From positions 1-18,475 of the forward strand of contig JAYUVP010000177.1 of assembly GCA_043753995.1 (NCBI GenBank): a stretch of DNA of 18,475 bases. Reading direction: 5' to 3'. The translations under genes were made by a program, and so were the position numbers. Position 1 is the first letter of the stretch. Each line of letters starts with the position of its first letter. The notes under the pieces are model-generated. The model did not search any database. It was not told where the DNA came from and worked only from the letters and a program-made list of their open reading frames with translations. This document shows positions 8,211-16,327 of this stretch, piece after piece. This stretch comes from Fibrobacterota bacterium. GTDB lineage: Bacteria; Fibrobacterota; Fibrobacteria; UBA11236.

Positions 8211-9446
8211 TCAAGTTGCGCTTTTTGCCGGAGGCTGCCAAATCCCACTTGCCGCCGACATCAAAATCAAGGCGGCCAATTCGGCGCGCTCTCTCAGGCT
8301 AGGAAGATAGAGTTTCTCTCCAGCGCCGTGCAGTCCCTCACCTATAGGCCCGAGGGTATCCACATTGGGCAAGCCCGCCGCGGCCAAACGATTGCCATCG
8401 CAGACGCCCCCATTCTTGCGCACTTGCAAATGGAGACCAAGCGCCGCGCCGCAAGCCACGGCCTGTCGCAACATTTCCGACGTGCCTCCCATCATGGTTT
8501 TCGGAGGTGCGGTGAAGGCGCCTTGCCAAGCCAAGGAATAACCTTCGCGTGCATCCCAGCGATCTTTCAATTGCTTTAAAACCAACAAGATCTGTTTTTG
8601 CTGTTCGTCCGTTGCGATACGAAAATTGACCTGGGCGGTGGCCGCATCGGGCACTCGGTTAATGCTGCCTCCTCCCGAAATACTTCCCACATTCACCGTC
8701 AAACCACTTTCAAAATCAGTCCACTTTGATAATTCCGTAACGACTTCAGCAAGAGCATGAATAGCATTGCGACCCGCTTCGGGATTGCGCCCCGCATGCG
8801 CCGCGCGCCCCTGCATATGCAAGGTGAAATTGCCGGAGCCCTTGCGCTCGCCCACCAAGGCCCCATCGGCCAAGGCGGGCTCGAAGAGCAAACCGAAATG
8901 ACAAGCCGCTGCTTCTCGACGCAAAATCCCCGAAGAGCCCGGCGATCCGATTTCTTCATCGGGATTGAGCACGACGCGCCAGCCAACGTTTTGCGACCAG
9001 GGCGAATGCTCTAGACAAAGCAAGGCTTCGCGTAAAACGGCAATACCTCCCTTGGCATCGGCGCTGCCCGGGGCATGCAGCCAATCGCCATCCTGCCGCA
9101 TCCGTATGGAGGCAATGTCCTTTTCGCTTTCGGCATAAACCACATCGGTGTGTATGGCCAATAGCACCTGCAAAGGCGCTTTCGCACGCTTACGTAGGAC
9201 AAAAGCCGGCCCCAAGGGTTTCATGTCTTCCTGGCCTTGGGCTCGGTAGGCCATCAGCGGAGGCAAGGTCACGATTTCGCTTTCCCCTCCAAGTTCGGCA
9301 AAATCTTGTTGCAAGAGTTCGGCGAAAACGCGCAGGGCATCGCTGTCGAAAGAACCGGTGCGATGCTGGCACCACAGCGCCACGCGCGCAGCCATCGCGT
9401 CATCGCGTCCCGAAAACCAATGGAGTTGGCGGAGCAGGGCTTCCAT
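8211..9446 (-). CDS. M20 family metallo-amidohydrolase (carboxypeptidase G2/ArgE/DapE-like); probable desuccinylase of the AST operon
   Basis: Metal ligand motifs 'HTDVV', 'PGSADAKGG', 'DEEIGS', 'FEP', 'GLHGAGE'. Dimerisation domain 'GRAAHAG...GRNAI', 'NVGSISGGGSINRVPD'. Start ATG 9446 preferred over GTG 9506 (uncertain). Confidence 0.88.
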   Translation of the reverse strand: MEALLRQLHWFSGRDDAMAARVALWCQHRTGSFDSDALRVFAELLQQDFAELGGESEIVTLPPLMAYRAQGQEDMKPLGPAFVLRKRAKAPLQVLLAIHTDVVYAESEKDIASIRMRQDGDWLHAPGSADAKGGIAVLREALLCLEHSPWSQNVGWRVVLNPDEEIGSPGSSGILRREAAACHFGLLFEPALADGALVGERKGSGNFTLHMQGRAAHAGRNPEAGRNAIHALAEVVTELSKWTDFESGLTVNVGSISGGGSINRVPDAATAQVNFRIATDEQQKQILLVLKQLKDRWDAREGYSLAWQGAFTAPPKTMMGGTSEMLRQAVACGAALGLHLQVRKNGGVCDGNRLAAAGLPNVDTLGPIGEGLHGAGEKLYLPSLRERAELAALILMSAASGIWQPPAKSAT

Positions 9447-9746
9447 GCGATTCGATTCGCGGCGACATCCTGTCGCACGCGGCCTTCTAATAGGGAGTAT
9501 ACCCACCTAAGGTCTAGAAGGCACGCCGGGAAAATGCGCCATCCCCAAATGGGAAGAGCCCAACCTTGCGATTGAGCCTTCCACAACGGGTTTTGATTTT
9601 ATCAGGGGGATACCGCATGATATACCCTCCCTGGCGCAGGCCCCAATCCTGCTCACCCTTATATCCTAAGGGGTGGCGGCGCAGAGTGCCAAGTCAGGAC
9701 CACCGGGTTATGCTTTGCTAGGAATGCTCTTTTGAGGAGTTGGATA

Positions 9747-10223
9747 ATGCATGAGAGTGAAATTCTAAAATCGACGGCTTTATTGCCTTGGGAAAAAGAG
9801 GACGAATACGTCACCTTAACCTTTTTGCCCATGGCCATGCGTTACAAGCTCGATCGGGTCGGCTTTAAATTGCATCTCAAGCAATGGCAGGCATTTCCGA
9901 AAGAGGCGCGTCAAGCCCTGCTGGCCTTGCCTTGCGAATCTCCCGCCAACGGTGTCGACTTCACCCTGCGCCTTCGCGCTTTGACCCAAGAACATATCGG
10001 TGAAGATCTGGAGCCTTTACCCGCCAGGCTTTCCGCCGAAGCAACCGAAACTCCCGAAGAACTGAGGACGAAACTCCTGGCCATGGGTTTTGACTTAAGA
10101 GGCGACTTTTGGAAACAAGCATCTGCCTATTCGCGCTATTTGCTGACCAAGGTCGGACTTTCCTCAAAAAGCACCCATCACCTGACCCTACTCGCTCAAG
10201 CCTTGAATTTGCCTCGACTATAA
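9747..10223 (+). CDS. nitrate reductase-associated protein family (NarM-like) putative molybdoenzyme accessory protein
   Basis: 'LTFLPMAMRYKLDRVGFKLHLKQWQAFPKEARQALLALPC' matches the family pattern LxxIPMxVRxKLDxxGxKLxLxxWxxLxxxxRxxL, with C-terminal 'W..AS...RYLLTK' (recalled, not searched). ATG 9747 has SD GAGGAG and is preferred over TTG 9732. Confidence 0.78.
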   Translation: MHESEILKSTALLPWEKEDEYVTLTFLPMAMRYKLDRVGFKLHLKQWQAFPKEARQALLALPCESPANGVDFTLRLRALTQEHIGEDLEPLPARLSAEATETPEELRTKLLAMGFDLRGDFWKQASAYSRYLLTKVGLSSKSTHHLTLLAQALNLPRL

Positions 10224-10246
10224 ACCGGCATTACTAAATATCCACC

Positions 10247-10726
10247 ATGTCTTTCACCCATGTAGATGAACAAGGCCGCCCCGGCATGGTCGATGTCGGC
10301 GCCAAAATCGAAACCGCGCGACGCGCCAGGGCCCAGGCAAAAATCACCTTGCCCGAGGCGGTATTGGCCGCGGCGCAAGGCCAGGATTTGCTGACACCCA
10401 AGGGATCGGTCTTTCAAGCCGCCATTCTTGCGGGCACCATGGCCGCTAAAAAAACCTGGGACTTGATACCGCTTTGCCATCCCCTGCCCTTGAGCGGTTG
10501 CCGCATCGAATGCCGCCTTGAAGGTCGCCTCGCCATTATCGAAGCCACGGTTTCCACCCAAGCCGCTACCGGCGTTGAAATGGAAGCCCTCACTGCCGTG
10601 AGTGTGGCTGCGCTGACCGTCTATGATATGGCCAAGGCATTATCCCATGAAATCGTGATTCATGATATTCGTTTGCTGGAAAAAACCGGCGGAAAATCGG
10701 ATTATCGCGCCGAGAATCAATCATGA
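10247..10726 (+). CDS. moaC: cyclic pyranopterin monophosphate synthase MoaC
   Basis: 'FTHVDEQGRPGMVDVGAK', 'AAKKTWDLIPLCHPL', 'TGVEMEALTAVSVAALTVYDMAKA', 'LLEKTGGKS'. Confidence 0.97.
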   Translation: MSFTHVDEQGRPGMVDVGAKIETARRARAQAKITLPEAVLAAAQGQDLLTPKGSVFQAAILAGTMAAKKTWDLIPLCHPLPLSGCRIECRLEGRLAIIEATVSTQAATGVEMEALTAVSVAALTVYDMAKALSHEIVIHDIRLLEKTGGKSDYRAENQS

Positions 10727-11373
10727 GCACCACCGTGCTTTCTGCCGAGGAAAAAACAGGGGCCCCCATTTATGGCCTGGTGCTCGGTGGCGGCCGCAGC
10801 CGCCGCATGGGTGTCGACAAAGCCACCCTGATTTACCAAGGCAAGCCGCAACTTGAAATCGCCTATGACCTATTGGCGCCGTTTTGCGAAAAACGCTTTG
10901 TCGGCATTCGTCCTGAGCAGGCCCAGCTTCCCGGCTTCAGGGCTTTTCCCCCATTGTTCGATGCCTTTCCCGGTGAGGGACCGCTGGGCGCCGTGGTCTC
11001 GGCGCAAAAGCAATTCCCGGAAGCGGCCTGGCTGGTGGTGGCTTGCGACCTGCCTTTCTTGAAAGCAGAAACCATTGAAAAGTTATTGCTGGCGCGGTCC
11101 GTCTCGGCTCAAGCCATTGCCTATTCGAGCGCCTATGACGGCCTCGTCGAACCCATGTGCGCTTTGTATGAACCAGCCTCGGCTTCGCAGTTGGGCGAGG
11201 CTTTCGCGGAAGGATTGCGTTGCGCCCGTAAGGGTTTGCAAAAACTGAACCCCGTCACCTTGACGCTACCCTCGCCGCAAGACCTCGACAATGCCAATAC
11301 GCCGGAGGACCGCGTGGCCGCCTTGCAGGCGCTCGGCCAGGACAAGGCGAACCCAGTCGTAGAGGCAGGATAA
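10723..11373 (+). CDS. mobA: molybdenum cofactor guanylyltransferase MobA
   Basis: 'GLVLGGGRSRRMGVDKA', 'GPLGAV', 'VVACDLP', 'EPMCALY', 'NANTPED'. ATGA overlap with moaC. Confidence 0.92.
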   Translation: MSTTVLSAEEKTGAPIYGLVLGGGRSRRMGVDKATLIYQGKPQLEIAYDLLAPFCEKRFVGIRPEQAQLPGFRAFPPLFDAFPGEGPLGAVVSAQKQFPEAAWLVVACDLPFLKAETIEKLLLARSVSAQAIAYSSAYDGLVEPMCALYEPASASQLGEAFAEGLRCARKGLQKLNPVTLTLPSPQDLDNANTPEDRVAALQALGQDKANPVVEAG

Positions 11374-11374
11374 A

Positions 11375-11620
11375 GTGGCTTTGATTCGGGTTTTGCTTTA
11401 TGCGCAATTGCGCGAAACTCTTGGCCGCGAAGTGAATGTCGAATTGCCCCTGCCCGCATCAGAACCGGAGGTGCTGGAGCAATTGGCGGCGCAATTTCCC
11501 GCCCATGCCGCCTTGATTCGGCGCTGCCGCATTGCCGTGGATGATGCTTATCTGAATGAAGGTGAAATTGTGCCGCTTTGCAATACGCTTGATTTGATTG
11601 CACCTGTCAGCGGCGGGTAA
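11375..11620 (+). CDS. moaD: molybdopterin synthase sulfur carrier subunit (MoaD/ThiS family)
   Basis: 81-aa beta-grasp pattern 'IRVLLYAQLRE...IAVDDAY...LIAPVSGG' with C-terminal GG. GTG start 1 nt after the mobA stop. Confidence 0.92.
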   Translation: MALIRVLLYAQLRETLGREVNVELPLPASEPEVLEQLAAQFPAHAALIRRCRIAVDDAYLNEGEIVPLCNTLDLIAPVSGG

Positions 11621-11651
11621 TTTCAGTCTTCCATTATTAAATCAATCACCG

Positions 11652-14396
11652 CTAGGCTGGCGCCGCCATCTCCGCTTTCCGCTGTTCGACCTTCCTTGCC
11701 TTTCGGATATCCACGGCCACCACCTTGTACTCGGGGCATTTCGTTTCCGTATCCGCTACGCTTGAGGTGATGATATTCATCATGATTTCAGGAAAATGAA
11801 AGGTGGAGCTCAATATTCCGGGCTTCACTTCCTTTGAAATTTTGGCCATGACATCCACTTTGCCGCGTGCGGAGCTGACGCAAACCAAATCACCCTGGGC
11901 GATTCCTTTGGCGGCGGCATCGACGGGATTGATGAGAAGCACGTCCTTATCCAGAATTTTCGCATTGTGAGTACGGCGCGTCATGGTGCCGCAATTGTAA
12001 TGCTCCAATTCGCGATTGGTCGTCAAGATGAACGGATATGTTTTAGCATGCTCCGTGATTTCCGGGCTTTCCTTGAAGGCCTTGAACTGGATATGGCCCT
12101 TGCCCCGCTTGAACGATTCGGTGTGAATGATTTCCGTGCTTTTGCGATCCGCTCCGACTGGCCATTGCTTGCCATTCGTTCCCAGCTCATCCCAACTAAC
12201 GCCCTTAAAGAAGGGTACGATGCCTGAAATTTCTTCCAGCAAGGTCTTGGGATCATAATCGGGTTGTTTATATCCCATGCGATTCATGATATCGACGATG
12301 ATTTGGCCATCCGACCGACTTTGACCCACGGGCTCCACCACCTGATGCACCCGCTGAATCCGTCTTTCGCCATTGGTGAAGGTTCCGCTTTTTTCAAAGA
12401 AAGAAGCTGCGGGTAAGACCACGGTAGCCATTCGCGCCGTGTCATTCATGAAAAGCTCGTTCACCACCAGCAAGTCGAGACTTTGTAGTGCCGCTTTGAC
12501 TCGATTCGTATTCGGATCGGTTTGTAGAACATCTTCCCCGACCACCCACAAGGCCTTCAATTCACCGCGCAGGGCGGCCTCATACATTTCAGGGATTTTC
12601 AAACCGGCGTCGCGAGTCAGCTTGACCCCGTAGAATTCCTCGTATAAGCGATGATTGTCCTCGTCATTCACCGCGAGATAACCCGCCCCTTGATGCGGCT
12701 GCGCACCCATGTCAGCCAATCCCTGGACATTATTCTGGCCGCGCAACGGGGTCACCCCCACGCCTTTCCGACCAATATTTCCGGTGAGCATGGCTAGATC
12801 CGCGATCAACATCACGGTAAAGGTTCCCTGCGAATGCTCGGTGACGCCGAGGCCATGGAAGGACATGGCGGCCTTGGCGCTGGCATAGGTCAATGCAGCA
12901 TCGCGAACCAGATTTCGGTCCACTCCGGTGATCCGTTCCATTTCATCCAAATCGATTTTCAACAATTCGGCTTTGAAGGACTCGAACCCTTCAGTGCGGG
13001 TTTCGACGAATTGCTTGTCCACCCGGCCTTCGGTCACGATGTAATAAAGCATCATGTTCAATACGGCGACATTGGTTCCGGGGCGTATTTGCAAATGATG
13101 GGTGGCGTATTTGGTCAATTCGATTTTGCGGGGATCGATGACAATGAGGGGGAATCCCTTCATGGCCCGCTGCTTGATCTTGGCTCCGGTGACCGGATGG
13201 GCGGCGGTGGGATTGGCTCCAATCACCAACATGCATTCGGTATGGGCAATGTCCTTGATGGAATTGGTAGCGGCACCCGTGCCGAAGGTACGCTGCATTC
13301 CCATGGCCGTGGGCGAATGGCAGACGCGGGCGCAACCGTCAATATTATTGGTACCCACCACGGCACGAATGAATTTCTGCATGAGGTAGCTTTCCTCATT
13401 GGTGCCCCGGGCGCAGGCGACGCCGCCGATGGAATTCGGCCCATGCTCTTTTTTGATGGCCGTCAATTTCGTGGCGATGAAATCGTAAGCCTCTTCCCAG
13501 GTCGCTTCCACCAGTGCCCCGTTTTTTCGGATCAACGGAGTCGTTAATCGTTCGGGATGGCGATAGAACTCAAAAGCATATCGGCCCTTGAGGCAGGTAT
13601 GGCCTTGATTCACCTCGGCATCGTAGGGGGCGAGAATGGATTTGATTTCCCCGCTGACGGTGGAAACTTCCAGATTGCAACCCACGCCGCAATACGTGCA
13701 AATCGTGCGCGTGGTCTTTTCCGCCACCGTGCTTTTGGATTGAAAGATATCGGTGATGGCTTGGGTCGGACACGCCTGGGCGCAGGCGCCGCAGGAAACA
13801 CAGGCCGATTCCTGATAGTTCTCATTTAAGCCCATGATGATACGATGATCAAAACCACGTCCCGCCATGCTGAGCACCATTTCGCCCTGCACCTCGTCGC
13901 ATGCGCGCACGCAGCGATAGCAATTGATGCAAGTGGAAAGGTCGGCGCGCATATAGGGATGCGAGACGTCCTTTTCCCGATCGTTATGGTTTTTTCCCGC
14001 GGGATAACGAATGTCTTGATGCGTTATGCCGACAGCCTCGGCCACATTCCGCAATTCATTGCGGCCGCTTTGATTTTCGTTCAGCCTATCCGCCGGGTAA
14101 TCCGTCAGCACCAACTCCACGATATTGCGGCGCAACCGGAGTATGCGTTCGGAGTCAGGATAGAGGTATTGCCCCGCAGTAACCGGAGTATGACAGGAGG
14201 CCATGGCTTTGCAGGGTCCGCCTTCTTTTAGCGCCACATCCACGCTGCAAACCCGGCAAGATCCAAAGGGTTTGAGATTTGGAGCATCGCACAGAGTCGG
14301 TGCATTGCGATCGTTACGACGCAGGAAAGCCAGCATGCTTTCCCCCGGCTCAATGGCAAAAGGCTGGTTTTCGATATAGGCGATATTGGCGCTCAT
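11652..14396 (-). CDS. fdhF: formate dehydrogenase alpha subunit (FdhF/FdsA type, Mo/W-bisPGD, Cys-ligated) with N-terminal Fe-S domains
   Basis: [2Fe-2S] 'PTLC...GSCRVC...ASC'; 2x[4Fe-4S] 'CINCYRCVRAC' and 'CVSCGACAQACP'; proximal cluster 'CTYCGVGC...CLKG'; active site 'DGCARVCH' (Cys codon TGC, not Sec) and 'PLRGQNNVQG'; 'EKSGTFTNGERRIQ'; 'CPEYK'. No Tat signal. SD AAGGA. Confidence 0.95.
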   Translation of the reverse strand: MSANIAYIENQPFAIEPGESMLAFLRRNDRNAPTLCDAPNLKPFGSCRVCSVDVALKEGGPCKAMASCHTPVTAGQYLYPDSERILRLRRNIVELVLTDYPADRLNENQSGRNELRNVAEAVGITHQDIRYPAGKNHNDREKDVSHPYMRADLSTCINCYRCVRACDEVQGEMVLSMAGRGFDHRIIMGLNENYQESACVSCGACAQACPTQAITDIFQSKSTVAEKTTRTICTYCGVGCNLEVSTVSGEIKSILAPYDAEVNQGHTCLKGRYAFEFYRHPERLTTPLIRKNGALVEATWEEAYDFIATKLTAIKKEHGPNSIGGVACARGTNEESYLMQKFIRAVVGTNNIDGCARVCHSPTAMGMQRTFGTGAATNSIKDIAHTECMLVIGANPTAAHPVTGAKIKQRAMKGFPLIVIDPRKIELTKYATHHLQIRPGTNVAVLNMMLYYIVTEGRVDKQFVETRTEGFESFKAELLKIDLDEMERITGVDRNLVRDAALTYASAKAAMSFHGLGVTEHSQGTFTVMLIADLAMLTGNIGRKGVGVTPLRGQNNVQGLADMGAQPHQGAGYLAVNDEDNHRLYEEFYGVKLTRDAGLKIPEMYEAALRGELKALWVVGEDVLQTDPNTNRVKAALQSLDLLVVNELFMNDTARMATVVLPAASFFEKSGTFTNGERRIQRVHQVVEPVGQSRSDGQIIVDIMNRMGYKQPDYDPKTLLEEISGIVPFFKGVSWDELGTNGKQWPVGADRKSTEIIHTESFKRGKGHIQFKAFKESPEITEHAKTYPFILTTNRELEHYNCGTMTRRTHNAKILDKDVLLINPVDAAAKGIAQGDLVCVSSARGKVDVMAKISKEVKPGILSSTFHFPEIMMNIITSSVADTETKCPEYKVVAVDIRKARKVEQRKAEMAAPA

Positions 14397-14406
14397 GTCT
14401 TTTTCC

Positions 14407-16062
14407 TTAAGCGAAATAGTCGCGTAATTCCGGTTCGAAATACTTCAAGGCGTTCTTGACGCCTAATGGCAAGCCGCCGCCCAGGGCGCAGAGCGAACCG
14501 ATTTCCATGGTCTCCAGCAAATCGTCCATTAGCTTGCGGGGGATTTTGTATTCGCCGCTTTGTGCCTTGACCAGCATTTCCTGGCCTCGAACCGAGCCCA
14601 AACTGCAGGGGAAACACTTGCCGCACGATTCCGCTGCGGTGAATTCGAAAAGATGTTCGAGATAGGCAATGAGGGGGAAATTTTCCGGCAGGGAAACTAC
14701 GCCGGCATGCCCCATTAAAAATCCGTTAGCGGCGAAGGATTCGAAATCCAAGGTGAGATCCGGAATTTTATGCACCGGCACGAGGCCGCCTAATGGCCCG
14801 CCCACATGCACGGCTTTGACCGGCTGCTTAAAGCCACCACCCAACTTATTCACTACGTCCGAGAACGGCGTTCCCATGGCGACCTCATAGAGGCCGGGCT
14901 GGTTGAAAAGACTATCCAAGCACACCAACTTGGTGCCCGATGATTTCGTCGTTCCTGTTTTCGTGAAAGCCTCGCCACCCTTACTGAGCACTTCGTACAG
15001 GTTTGCCAAGGTCTCGACATTATTGACCACGGTAGGCTTGTTAAACAATCCCACTTGGGCAGGATAGGGAGGACGCACGCGCACTTCGGGGCGTTGCCCC
15101 TCGATTGAAGAAAGCAAGGCAGTTTCTTCGCCGCAGATATAGGCCCCCGCGCCTTCGATAACCTTGAAGCGGAAACTGAATCCGGTGCCCCGGATATTTT
15201 TCCCTAACCACTCGCCGCCTTCGAGCTCGGCTATGGCTTCACGCACAATCCGAATCGCCTCGGGGTATTCGCCTCGTATATACAAGACGCCGCAATCCGC
15301 GCCGACGATGAAACCGGCGGCCATCATGCCAAAGAGCACCAAGTGCGGTTGGCGTTCCAGCAGGTAGCGATCCGAATAGGCTCCAGGATCGCCTTCGTCG
15401 GCATTGCATACCACAAATTTTTGATCCGACTCCGTGCGGGCACAAGACTCCAGCTTGATGCCCATGGGGAATCCCGCTCCACCCCGGCCTCGAAGATTGG
15501 CGGCTTTGACTTCGGCCAAGGCGGCATCCCGGCCCTTGGCTATGACCGCTTCGAGCAAGGGATACATTTCCCCGACAGCCCGAACGGTTCCGGTCAAGAT
15601 GGGATTCGACAGGGTCGTGCCCACCGTATACTTGTCTTCGCTTTCCAAGGACTCGCCGGCGAAAAGGCGCTTGATTTCGGCTTCCGATTTTCCGGAATAG
15701 TTTTTCCCTTGAAATTGGAAAGCGCCATTTTCGTGGCAACGGCCCAAGCAACAAATGTGGCCGACCTCTTTTTCCGAAAATGTCTTCTCCAAAATTCCGG
15801 ACAAAGTGTTTTGGGTTCCCGCCACCAGGCAAGCGCTGCCATTGCAAACGCGAACCTTGACGCCCTTATTCTCTTGGCGCGTGAAATCGTAAAATGAAGC
15901 GGTGCCATAGACGGCGGCATCGCCAAACAAAAATTCCTTGGCCAATTCCTGCATCTGTTCGGAACTTGGCGTTCCCTCGCGTTTGGCGATTTGCACCACT
16001 TGTTCAAATAGGGAGCGCTCGACTCCTTTGCGGCCCGCTAGAAATCCCAGGTTTTCAGACAT
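14407..16062 (-). CDS. NAD/FMN-binding diaphorase subunit of formate dehydrogenase; NuoE-like [2Fe-2S] domain fused to NuoF-like domain (FdsG-FdsB-type fusion)
   Basis: N-terminal 'GTASFYDF', 'CNGSAC...CCLGRC' (NuoE-like); 'LRGRGGAGFP', 'CNADEGDPG', 'GAGAYICGEETALLSSIEG', 'NNVET', 'ESCGKCFPC...SLCALG' (NuoF-like). Ends 10 nt upstream of the alpha subunit start. Confidence 0.93.
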   Translation of the reverse strand: MSENLGFLAGRKGVERSLFEQVVQIAKREGTPSSEQMQELAKEFLFGDAAVYGTASFYDFTRQENKGVKVRVCNGSACLVAGTQNTLSGILEKTFSEKEVGHICCLGRCHENGAFQFQGKNYSGKSEAEIKRLFAGESLESEDKYTVGTTLSNPILTGTVRAVGEMYPLLEAVIAKGRDAALAEVKAANLRGRGGAGFPMGIKLESCARTESDQKFVVCNADEGDPGAYSDRYLLERQPHLVLFGMMAAGFIVGADCGVLYIRGEYPEAIRIVREAIAELEGGEWLGKNIRGTGFSFRFKVIEGAGAYICGEETALLSSIEGQRPEVRVRPPYPAQVGLFNKPTVVNNVETLANLYEVLSKGGEAFTKTGTTKSSGTKLVCLDSLFNQPGLYEVAMGTPFSDVVNKLGGGFKQPVKAVHVGGPLGGLVPVHKIPDLTLDFESFAANGFLMGHAGVVSLPENFPLIAYLEHLFEFTAAESCGKCFPCSLGSVRGQEMLVKAQSGEYKIPRKLMDDLLETMEIGSLCALGGGLPLGVKNALKYFEPELRDYFA

Positions 16063-16327
16063 GCAGCATTTCCTGTAAAGAAGTCAAAGTGAGCCTTTCG
16101 GCATGGGAATAGGCCTAGGCCATCGATTGGGCCAAAGGCAAAGCCCAAAAAAGGTAACCCCCGCCTCGCTGCAAGATACCCCTGCCAGGGAGGTGGGGGT
16201 TGGAAACTAACGTCAAATTCGGGATGGATACCCGATGCGGTACCAAAGTCAATCAAAAACCTTTTTCCATCCTATTTTCCGCCGATTTCGTCCCAGTTTA
16301 TTCGCTTCATTCCACCGCAAAATTAAG

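Noticed and set aside
7731..8579. 282-aa plus-strand ORF and other long alternative ORFs (3558-4142, 12834-13547, 15239-15847, 15343-15897)
   Set aside because: Antisense or alternate-frame shadows of well-supported genes, with no recognisable motifs.
9593..9605. FNR-like box TTGAT-TTT-ATCAG
   Set aside because: Spacer is 3 nt rather than 4 and the right half-site is mismatched.
9507..9746. Moco/Tuco riboswitch upstream of the moa genes (CCTAAGG elements, hairpin CACCCTTA...TAAGGGGTG)
   Set aside because: The 3' consensus I recall (GGAAAC tetraloop stem, GCCTCC...GAAAGGAG) is not present. An Infernal scan would be needed to exclude it fully.
13315..13345. Selenocysteine recoding in the FDH active site
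   Set aside because: The codon in CARV-C-H is TGC (Cys) and the ORF has no in-frame TGA.
14407..16062. Respiratory complex I (nuo) operon or hydrogenase
   Set aside because: No membrane Nuo subunits or H-cluster/NiFe motifs; the partner gene is a molybdopterin FDH.
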